A DNA stretch of 64,000 nucleotides from positions 1 to 64,000 of IMG/VR virus record IMGVR_UViG_2700988815_000001; one strand, given 5' to 3'. The translations under genes and the position numbers were made by a program. The notes under the pieces were generated by a model that was given only the letters and a program-made list of their open reading frames with translations, searched no databases and was not told the origin of the DNA. The DNA is from a virus (lineage: Duplodnaviria; Caudoviricetes). Shown one piece after another: positions 26,137-33,047 of this stretch. How positions within the stretch are numbered: the first letter of the stretch is position 1; each line of letters begins with the position of its first letter.

Positions 26137-26697
26137 ATGATTTACCTACGCTTCCTAGCACTATTCACAGTTGACATTCTGCTGACGATCCTTACGGTTG
26201 TTCCAGCAGCAATCATTGTTCCACTCTTCACAAGAGCACAGCAATGGGGTCAGAAAGAGTACACATGGGGCTGGCTGTGGGGTACATACGACAATCCGCC
26301 ACAAGGTGATGAAGGGTACTGCCGCAAGCGTGCTCTCTTCCTGAACGAGCTTACGGGCTTCAAGGGCTATATCAACCGAGTGATGTGGATGTTGAGAAAC
26401 CCTCTGTATGGGCTTGCCAAACGAATGGCATTGCCTTATAGTGAGACAGCAACATTGGTGATCACAGGTAATCCTGATATCTCTGACAAGTATCGAATTC
26501 CCGGCAGCATGATGGCCCGTCTGTACGAAGGCAACAAGCTGGTCGGTTTTGAGTTCTACATGGTCAAGCCTTGGAGTGCGAATAGAAACATTCGTTGCCG
26601 ACTAGGCTGGAAGATGACCACAGAGAAATACAAAGAAAAGGGCTTTGCCCAATTCGTCGGTACGTGCAATCCATTCGATGGATACGGCGACGATTGA
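26137..26697 (+). CDS. Hypothetical membrane-associated protein inside the tRNA array
   Basis: AGGAG RBS; N-terminal TM helix; WMLRNPLYG motif. Confidence 0.85.
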   Translation: MIYLRFLALFTVDILLTILTVVPAAIIVPLFTRAQQWGQKEYTWGWLWGTYDNPPQGDEGYCRKRALFLNELTGFKGYINRVMWMLRNPLYGLAKRMALPYSETATLVITGNPDISDKYRIPGSMMARLYEGNKLVGFEFYMVKPWSANRNIRCRLGWKMTTEKYKEKGFAQFVGTCNPFDGYGDD

Positions 26698-26788
26698 CAG
26701 AACATACCGCGCCTTGGTATGATCACCAAACCAACTGGTGATGTGACGCTCAGGAGACAGCGTGTTATAAGTGTCTCCCACGAATTAT

Positions 26789-26865
26789 AGGGGTGAAGTG
26801 TAATGGCTATGCACGCGGGATTCCAAATCCTTGCAGACTGGGTTCGATTCCTAGCACGCCTGCCA
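26789..26865 (+). tRNA. tRNA-Trp(CCA)
   Basis: ttCCAaa loop; GCCA. Confidence 0.85.
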
Positions 26866-26870
26866 AATAT

Positions 26871-26951
26871 GGTGTTATTGGTGACAGTCTTCTAGAGGGC
26901 TGGTTGTTGTGATGATTCTAGAGCGGGCAACATTTGTGCTTGACACCGCCA
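26871..26951 (+). ncRNA. tRNA-like RNA (acceptor stem and CCA, non-canonical body)
   Basis: GGTGTTA/TGACACC-GCCA; no TTCG T-loop. Confidence 0.55.
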
Positions 26952-26958
26952 ATCAAAT

Positions 26959-27035
26959 GGCCTTATAGTGTAAGGGAATTAGCACATCATCCTTCTAAGT
27001 TGATAGATAAGGTTCGAATCCTTATAGGGCTACCA
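26959..27035 (+). tRNA. tRNA-Arg(TCT)
   Basis: ctTCTaa loop; ACCA. Confidence 0.9.
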
Positions 27036-27056
27036 GAAAATAAATTGAAATAGTTG

Positions 27057-27085
27057 TTGACAACTGACTAAAGTCATGGTTTAAT
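27057..27085 (+). promoter_or_regulatory. Internal promoter of the tRNA array
   Basis: TTGACA-17-TTTAAT. Confidence 0.6.
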
Positions 27086-27117
27086 ACTCATACAGTTTAA
27101 CAAAAGGAGAGAATGAA

Positions 27118-27246
27118 ATGGCACAGCGTCCATACGATGCAACAAAGGAACACGCTCCACTGGATCGTACTCCAAAGAATAAAGGTCGTCACCCTAACAA
27201 ACGGGTGAAGAATAGTAAGCACCCAGTGACTGGGAAAAGCTACTAA
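27118..27246 (+). CDS. Small basic protein (42 aa)
   Basis: AAGGAG RBS; MAQRPYDATKEHAPLDRTPKNKGRHPNKRVKNSKHPVTGKSY. Confidence 0.65.
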   Translation: MAQRPYDATKEHAPLDRTPKNKGRHPNKRVKNSKHPVTGKSY

Positions 27247-27254
27247 GAATTAAT

Positions 27255-27331
27255 GCTCTTGTCGTCTAAAGGTATAGGATGGCTGACTTTCAATCAGTTG
27301 ATGTTGGGTTCGAGTCCCACCAAGAGTACCA
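27255..27331 (+). tRNA. tRNA-Glu(TTC)
   Basis: ctTTCaa loop; ACCA. Confidence 0.9.
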
Positions 27332-27335
27332 ATAT

Positions 27336-27411
27336 GGCTTATGTTTCCTCTGGGAAGGAAGGCACACTGTCTATGTGTCAGTTGAGGGTTCGAATCCCTT
27401 ATAGGTCGCCA
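27336..27411 (+). tRNA. tRNA-Asp(GTC)
   Basis: ctGTCta loop; GCCA. Confidence 0.85.
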
Positions 27412-27471
27412 AGCGCAGTCGTCATCGCAGACTTAAAATGGGATCGTCTCGGGCACGTTATAGCTCCCAAT

Positions 27472-27546
27472 GCCCTTGTCATATAAAGGCTATTATGCCT
27501 GTTTTGTAATCAGGTTATTGCGGTTCGAATCCGTACTGGGGCACCA
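27472..27546 (+). tRNA. tRNA-Thr(TGT)
   Basis: ttTGTaa loop; ACCA. Confidence 0.88.
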
Positions 27547-27552
27547 AATTCT

Positions 27553-27627
27553 TGCCGGATAGTATAGTGGTCTGTACACTCGCCTGATAAGCGATAGGTG
27601 AAAGTTCGATTCTTTCTCTGGCAACCA
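27553..27627 (+). tRNA. tRNA-Ile(GAT)
   Basis: ctGATaa loop; ACCA. Confidence 0.9.
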
Positions 27628-27633
27628 AATGAT

Positions 27634-27711
27634 ATAGCTGTGGCCCGAACTGGACTAGGCACCATCCTACGAAGTTGGTAAATGCAGGTTCGAATCCTGT
27701 CAGCTATGCCA
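27634..27711 (+). tRNA. tRNA-Arg(ACG)
   Basis: ctACGaa loop; GCCA. Confidence 0.9.
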
Positions 27712-27717
27712 AACAAA

Positions 27718-27797
27718 TGCGAAGGCGTTAAGACGGCTGGAACTGTCACTCGGCTCATACCCGAATACAAGAGGTTCGATTCCTCCTTTCGCAACCA
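27718..27797 (+). tRNA. tRNA-Met(CAT)
   Basis: ctCATac loop; ACCA; Met versus Ile2 identity not resolved. Confidence 0.8.
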
Positions 27798-27866
27798 AAC
27801 GCTGGGTGCTCCCCACGTACAGCCAGATAGAGTGTGCTGTATAAATATAGTCTCTATCAGAACAAT

Positions 27867-27943
27867 TGGTAATAGTCTCCCACGGCGGGGGTCTGCGGCT
27901 GTTAACCGCAAGTTGCTTGGTTCGATTCCAAGATTACCAGCCA
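27867..27943 (+). tRNA. tRNA-Asn(GTT)
   Basis: TGCGG-ctGTTaa-CCGCA; GCCA. Confidence 0.85.
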
Positions 27944-27950
27944 ATTTAAT

Positions 27951-28036
27951 TCCGTGTGTAGGGGAACTGGTAGACCCACCTGACTGTTAATCAGGCGCTA
28001 ACGCAACTGTAGGTTCGAAGCCTACCACCGGAGCCA
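27951..28036 (+). tRNA. tRNA-Asn(GTT) second copy, long variable arm
   Basis: CCTGA-ctGTTaa-TCAGG; 13-nt variable region; GCCA. Confidence 0.8.
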
Positions 28037-28041
28037 AACAA

Positions 28042-28128
28042 GGTCGTTGTAGAGATAGATGGCTACTATCAGGGTGCTGTAACCACCCCGCTTCATGCTA
28101 GAGGTTCAATTCCATCCTTCGACCACCA
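28042..28128 (+). tRNA. tRNA-Tyr(GTA)
   Basis: GGGTG-ctGTAac-CACCC; ACCA. Confidence 0.8.
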
Positions 28129-28154
28129 ATTTACAAATGACCTAACAAGTCAAT

Positions 28155-28228
28155 CTCTCGGAAGCGTTACGGTAGCGTACTTTGTTTGGAACGAAGTGGC
28201 GGTGGTTCGACTCCACCCCGAGTGACCA
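28155..28228 (+). tRNA. tRNA-Pro(TGG)
   Basis: ttTGGaa loop; ACCA. Confidence 0.88.
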
Positions 28229-28371
28229 ATTTACTGAAAAGGATTGTGCAGATTTGGTAAGTCGCAATTCGTCCCAGCCACGAATATAACCTGATCGGTA
28301 TGCTAGTGGGAGAAAGACTACGTGCAGGAATGAAGTGATCGCACGGGTCAACTGGCAGTAGACGCGATTAT

Positions 28372-28445
28372 GGGCTGTAAGAATTATGATAGTTCGCTAC
28401 GCTTGCACCGTAGAAGCCGGGGTTTGACTCCCCGACGGTCCACCA
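28372..28445 (+). tRNA. tRNA-Ala(TGC)
   Basis: CTACG-ctTGCac-CGTAG; G3:U70; ACCA. Confidence 0.88.
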
Positions 28446-28461
28446 AATTATAGGAGACAAT

Positions 28462-28614
28462 ATGAAAGTCCGAGTTAAGCAACGTGCAAAACGATTCAGT
28501 AGTATGTCGTGCAGATGCTGTACCAGAATTCATTTCAAAGAGGAAGCTATTGACAAGCAAGCCCTCAAAGAAGCTCTTGAAGAAATCCACACTCAAGAAG
28601 AAGAGTGGGTTTAA
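28462..28614 (+). CDS. Small protein (50 aa) inside the tRNA array
   Basis: AGGAG RBS; MKVRVKQRAKRFSSMSCRCC...EEEWV. Confidence 0.65.
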   Translation: MKVRVKQRAKRFSSMSCRCCTRIHFKEEAIDKQALKEALEEIHTQEEEWV

Positions 28615-28623
28615 AGATTTAAT

Positions 28624-28698
28624 GGTGAGGCCGTTGTCACTGGCTGACACTTCCGGCTGTGACCCGGTTGTTGGAGTTCGAATCTCCACCTCACACCA
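28624..28698 (+). tRNA. tRNA-His(GTG)
   Basis: ctGTGac loop; ACCA. Confidence 0.8.
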
Positions 28699-28704
28699 AA
28701 CAAT

Positions 28705-28781
28705 GCTCCTGTAGGCCAACTGGTAGAGTCAGTGCGCTTAGAACGCATAAAGTCTCGGTTCGAATCCGAGTGGGAGTACCA
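28705..28781 (+). tRNA. tRNA-Leu(TAG), short variable loop
   Basis: GTGCG-ctTAGaa-CGCAT; ACCA. Confidence 0.9.
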
Positions 28782-28838
28782 AATGTAGCCGCAAGGCAAG
28801 TAGTCTGCTAGACCCGGACTTAATAATGGGTGACGAAT

Positions 28839-28913
28839 GTGTCTTTGTCCGAGCGGCTGAGGTAGCGGATTGCAAACCCGTTTAGGTTGGTTCAACTCCA
28901 ACAAGATACTCCA
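28839..28913 (+). tRNA. tRNA-Cys(GCA)
   Basis: ttGCAaa loop; U73; CCA. Confidence 0.88.
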
Positions 28914-28919
28914 AATTCT

Positions 28920-28995
28920 GCGTGATTCGTATAGAGGTCTAATACTCTCGGCTTCCACCCGAGGAACCACGGTTCGACTCCGTGATCCCGCACCA
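28920..28995 (+). tRNA. tRNA-Gly(TCC)
   Basis: CTCGG-ctTCCac-CCGAG; ACCA. Confidence 0.9.
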
Positions 28996-29000
28996 ATTAT

Positions 29001-29076
29001 GCACTCTAAGCTGACTCGGTAGTAGCGACGGCCTGAAAAGTCGTAGGACTTGGTTCGACTCCAAGAGATTGCACCA
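29001..29076 (+). tRNA. tRNA-Phe(GAA)
   Basis: ACGGC-ctGAAaa-GTCGT; ACCA. Confidence 0.9.
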
Positions 29077-29081
29077 AACAA

Positions 29082-29167
29082 TGAGTTCGATAGCTTAATG
29101 GCAGAGCCTCCACACCATTCACGGTGTCAATGGACGACAGAGGTTCGATTCCTCTTCTGACTCACCT
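29082..29167 (+). ncRNA. tRNA-like RNA or pseudo-tRNA with an extended anticodon arm
   Basis: Canonical D and T arms; TCCA-CACC-attcac-GGTG-tcaa-TGGA; ends CCT. Confidence 0.6.
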
Positions 29168-29233
29168 AACACAGACGACTTAACCAATCTTACATTGCTA
29201 CGTGCAATCATTGTAAGTCTGTCTTGTCTCGAC

Positions 29234-29261
29234 AACCCTCTTCTTGAGGGTTTTCTTGTTT
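29234..29261 (+). terminator. Terminator after the tRNA array
   Basis: AACCCTC-ttctt-GAGGGTT-TTCTTGTTT. Confidence 0.75.
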
Positions 29262-29285
29262 CTATAATTCTAAAAGGGAACAATC

Positions 29286-30563
29286 ATGAACCTTACTCCA
29301 AACGATATGCTGAAAGCTCTAGCCTCTATTGGCCTAGATGGTATTATCTCTGCTGGCCTTGTATCGAGTGCTGGCGTCAAGCCGCTGCGTCGTAACGTTG
29401 CCATCTATGGTGACAGTCGCACAGCAAACTGCTCTAGCGGCTCCCTCCCAAACAAGATCACAGAAAACTATGGCTACGCCTCTTGGCTCGGTCAATACTC
29501 TGAGGGTCGTATCTTCTTTGAACCAGCATTCAACTTTGGTGTAGGTGGAAACACTTCTGCTCAGTGGGCTGCTCGCGTTGGTGATGTAATCGCCTCTCCT
29601 TCTGATGTTGTTGTATGTCTTATCTCGACTAACGACCGCACTGCTGACTTCACACTTGCTCAAACTCAACAGAACATTGAAGGTGTTGTGATGAAGTTGA
29701 AACAGGCTGGTAAGATTGTTGTGTTCATCAACGAGACTCCACGCGGTGGTGCAAACGCCCTGACAGCTCCAAGACAAGCCATTCATGAACAAGTGAGAGC
29801 TTGGATCAACAGCTACCTTCCAAAGCTTGGTGTGCGTGTTGTGGACGTTTGGGACAAGATGACTGATACCGCTGCTGTCACTGTAGACGGTCTACACTTC
29901 AACCCAGTTGGTGCAAACATCGTCGGGCAAGCCCTTGCAAGAGAAATCCAAGACCTGTTCAACTCTCCAGTGCCCCTGCCTCGCGTTACAAGCGCGTATG
30001 ACTCTGCTACCAACCCGTTTGGTCAGATCAACACGAACGCCCTTCTAACAGGCACCACAGGGACTAAGGGAGGCTCTGCAAACACAACAGGTGACGTAGC
30101 CACTGGTTACACCGTAGCTGGAAGCTCTTGGACTGGTATGACTGTTGTTGCTTCTAAGGAAGCCGCGTCTGTAGGTGAAGCTCAAGTGTTCAAGTTCAGT
30201 GGTACACCAACTACATCTGGCGCTCTGTACACATTCGAACAGATCATCAGCTTGCCTAACGCAAAGCTTGCAGCAAACATTAAAGCTGTTGCTGATATTG
30301 AATTCGAAATGACTGGATGCCTCGGCGTTAGTCTCGACTTCCGCTTCCTTGACTCTGGCACTTTCAACTCTAAGTGCTGCGACCGTTACCAAGATGGATT
30401 CCCAATGTCTCCAATCAAAGTTGATGGTGTTCAAGAAACTCCAACTACAGCAATCACTGCTGGATGTACAGAAGTTAAAATTCGTGTTGCTGTTTACGGC
30501 AGCCAAAACGTTCCAATGACTGGGACGGTAAAGATTAAACAACTCGCAGCTATTGCTGCTTAA
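29286..30563 (+). CDS. SGNH/GDSL hydrolase with C-terminal beta-rich domain
   Basis: YGDSRT, GVGG, STND and DGLHFN blocks. Confidence 0.88.
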   Translation: MNLTPNDMLKALASIGLDGIISAGLVSSAGVKPLRRNVAIYGDSRTANCSSGSLPNKITENYGYASWLGQYSEGRIFFEPAFNFGVGGNTSAQWAARVGDVIASPSDVVVCLISTNDRTADFTLAQTQQNIEGVVMKLKQAGKIVVFINETPRGGANALTAPRQAIHEQVRAWINSYLPKLGVRVVDVWDKMTDTAAVTVDGLHFNPVGANIVGQALAREIQDLFNSPVPLPRVTSAYDSATNPFGQINTNALLTGTTGTKGGSANTTGDVATGYTVAGSSWTGMTVVASKEAASVGEAQVFKFSGTPTTSGALYTFEQIISLPNAKLAANIKAVADIEFEMTGCLGVSLDFRFLDSGTFNSKCCDRYQDGFPMSPIKVDGVQETPTTAITAGCTEVKIRVAVYGSQNVPMTGTVKIKQLAAIAA

Positions 30564-30578
30564 TCGAGGGAATGAAAG

Positions 30579-30842
30579 ATGGCTACTATTCCAGATGTTA
30601 TCCTAACAGGAACAGCCTACCAAAACTTGTATGCAGCTACGTCTATCGTAGCTGGTACAGCAGTCACAATTCAAAATAAATCTGGATACCCAGTATATAT
30701 CCAGAACATCGCGTCTCAACCAAGCTCTGGAAGTAAGAATGGATTCGTCCTAGAGCCTTATGCTGCTGTTGACGTTACAGGGGCAATCGCAGGTCTTTGG
30801 GCGAAGGGCTCTGGCCCTGTTATGGTTGAGGTAATCGGATAA
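30579..30842 (+). CDS. Small beta-rich putative virion protein
   Basis: ORF coupled to the fibre gene. Confidence 0.7.
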   Translation: MATIPDVILTGTAYQNLYAATSIVAGTAVTIQNKSGYPVYIQNIASQPSSGSKNGFVLEPYAAVDVTGAIAGLWAKGSGPVMVEVIG

Positions 30843-32653
30843 TGACATTCTCTGTTCACGGTAGTGCAACTGGCGGATACGCTGTTGGCCCAGTAGAGAA
30901 TGCTTTCGAAGGTGTTGACCTTGCTGCTGCACAGGCAGCACGTGACGCATACTTCGCATCCAATCCAACTAAACTGGCTGCTTACGACAGCAATCCATTC
31001 TATCTAATCCGTCTAACATATGGTGCTACAACAAACGCTGAGTACCGTATGGGAGGCCAGTGGATCGACTACACACCTTTCCTACAAGGATTGCCGGGAG
31101 AAGTTGCTTCTCTGGCTAACGTGCCTGTAGGTGAGCTTCCATACAAAACACTTGATGGTACATTCGCAGGTTCTCGTATGCGTGTGTTGGATGATGGTTC
31201 TCTCCTAGCTCCACCGGGCTTTGGTGTTGAATCTGGTTCTGTTAAGTTTGGTGACGTACTGTTGCTATCTGAGGCTGCTGGATTCCTATCTATCAGCAAT
31301 TTGATTAATGAACGTCCATACACAATCCTTGACTACTACACACCACGTGATGCCGCCTCTGCCGTTCCAACAGCATTTATGGCTTCTGCACCAGCATTCG
31401 GCTTTGTGGCACAGCCTGATGACAGTGTTAACATGACAGATGAACCACTGTTGTTTGACTACACAATCCAGAACACTTCCCGCACTTACTCCCTGTTTAT
31501 GCGTGCATTTGCAGCAATGTCTAACGTCCGAATCAAGATTACCCAAATCTCTAACGGCGTTGCACTGAAGTATCTGCCATCTAAAGAAGCTTGGGAAACT
31601 GAGGAAGGTGGGCTTGAGTGGATTATTGGAGACAATACATTCGACTTTGGTGATACACCGCTTATCTTCAACACAGGACAAAACATCAGATTTGAAATCC
31701 GTGCCACAACTATGTCGTTGAAAGGTAACGCATCTGGCATTCCATACTTCGGAGGCTCTGACCAACTAGGTGAGTTCCGTGACGTGCTTATGGCTGACCA
31801 GTACACAGCAACTGACGTTAGAGACAAGCTGGCAACACTCACCGGCACCAACAGACTACCAATGAGCGCCATTAAAGATGGTGTTGTAAGTGTCGCTGGG
31901 CGCCTCGGTGCGATTGTACTGACAGCATCTGACGTAGCTGGACTGTCCACTGTTGCAACAACTGGGGCTTACTCTAGCCTGTCTGGTCTGCCGTTCATTC
32001 CTACAAACACAAGCCAGCTAACCAACGGAGCCAACTTCATCACTGCTGCTCAAGCTCCAGTGCAAAGTGTCCAAGGTTACACTGGTGCTGTTGTTCTCGC
32101 AAGGTCGGATATTGGACTTGGAAACGTAGACAACACGTCTGACATTAACAAACCAACGTCTACAGCACAACAAACATCCATCGACGTGAAGATGTCTCAG
32201 CACAACGCTGCTGTTGATCCTCACCCACAATACACAACTGTTGCCGAAGCTTCTGCTGCGGCTCCAATCCAGAGTATTGTTAACGGTAGAGGTATTACCG
32301 CATCGACTCTTACTGGTGTAACAACCGTAGGATCGACTGAGTTCCCTCTTGTGTTCAATGGTTCTGGTGCTGCTTCTTCACCAAAGATTTGGTATGGAAC
32401 TGCAACGTCCGATGTAAACGGAGTGTTCATTGTTGATATCTCTTCCGCTGGATTTACGCTAGCTCCAACTGTCACTGTGTCTGCTACCCTTACAACAGTG
32501 ACTCTAACTGACAGAGCATGGGCAACACTCGCTTCTGTAACTGCAACAACCGCATCTGGTTACACCCTACGAGGCATCAACCTATCGGGTAACGGGGCAA
32601 CCGTAAGGCTAGCTCCAAACACAACAGTCAATATCATGGCTATCGGTATTTAA
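30842..32653 (+). CDS. Fibre-like virion protein outside the tail module
   Basis: VxSVxGxxGAVVL repeats, GLGNVDNTSD and DPHPQY fibre motifs. Confidence 0.75.
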   Translation: MTFSVHGSATGGYAVGPVENAFEGVDLAAAQAARDAYFASNPTKLAAYDSNPFYLIRLTYGATTNAEYRMGGQWIDYTPFLQGLPGEVASLANVPVGELPYKTLDGTFAGSRMRVLDDGSLLAPPGFGVESGSVKFGDVLLLSEAAGFLSISNLINERPYTILDYYTPRDAASAVPTAFMASAPAFGFVAQPDDSVNMTDEPLLFDYTIQNTSRTYSLFMRAFAAMSNVRIKITQISNGVALKYLPSKEAWETEEGGLEWIIGDNTFDFGDTPLIFNTGQNIRFEIRATTMSLKGNASGIPYFGGSDQLGEFRDVLMADQYTATDVRDKLATLTGTNRLPMSAIKDGVVSVAGRLGAIVLTASDVAGLSTVATTGAYSSLSGLPFIPTNTSQLTNGANFITAAQAPVQSVQGYTGAVVLARSDIGLGNVDNTSDINKPTSTAQQTSIDVKMSQHNAAVDPHPQYTTVAEASAAAPIQSIVNGRGITASTLTGVTTVGSTEFPLVFNGSGAASSPKIWYGTATSDVNGVFIVDISSAGFTLAPTVTVSATLTTVTLTDRAWATLASVTATTASGYTLRGINLSGNGATVRLAPNTTVNIMAIGI

Positions 32654-32668
32654 TATAAGGAAACTGAA

Positions 32669-32896
32669 ATGACTACAACAGTAGAAAAGCTTGAACTGGT
32701 ATCGCAACTTGGTCTGATCGAAGGAATCAAGGCAGGAGCATTTGATGTTGCTGCTGACGACGTTCCAACGAAAGCCGAGGTAACTGCTCTTACGGCAGTG
32801 GCTACGGCTGACGGTTCTGACCCAGAGACAACCCAAGCCTTGGCTAACGCCTTGAAGGTAAAAGTGAACGAAATTATTGCTGCATTGAAAGCTTGA
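32669..32896 (+). CDS. Small head-fibre-like protein
   Basis: ANALKVKVNEIIAALK C-terminal motif. Confidence 0.6.
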   Translation: MTTTVEKLELVSQLGLIEGIKAGAFDVAADDVPTKAEVTALTAVATADGSDPETTQALANALKVKVNEIIAALKA

Positions 32897-32928
32897 CAAC
32901 TATTTTCAATAAATGTTATGCTTAGGGG

Positions 32929-32956
32929 TTGACAACTGTCAATTCCGATGTACAAT
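32929..32956 (+). promoter_or_regulatory. Sigma70-like promoter upstream of terL
   Basis: TTGACA-16-TACAAT. Confidence 0.6.
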
Positions 32957-32993
32957 AATATACATAGAGAGGACAAACTCTCTAACACAAAAC

Positions 32994-33027
32994 AGGGATG
33001 TGGCTTCGGCCACGCCCTATTTTATTT
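32994..33027 (+). terminator. Terminator-like hairpin just upstream of terL
   Basis: AGGGATGTGGC-ttcg-GCCACGCCCT-ATTTTATTT. Confidence 0.7.
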
Positions 33028-33047
33028 CCTAAAGATGAGGACAGGCA

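Noticed and set aside
28230-28445. tmRNA
   Set aside because: The Ala-type 3' end is fully explained by a complete tRNA-Ala cloverleaf; no tag ORF and too short
27253-29081. ORF-track frames across the tRNA array
   Set aside because: They overlap clear tRNA genes
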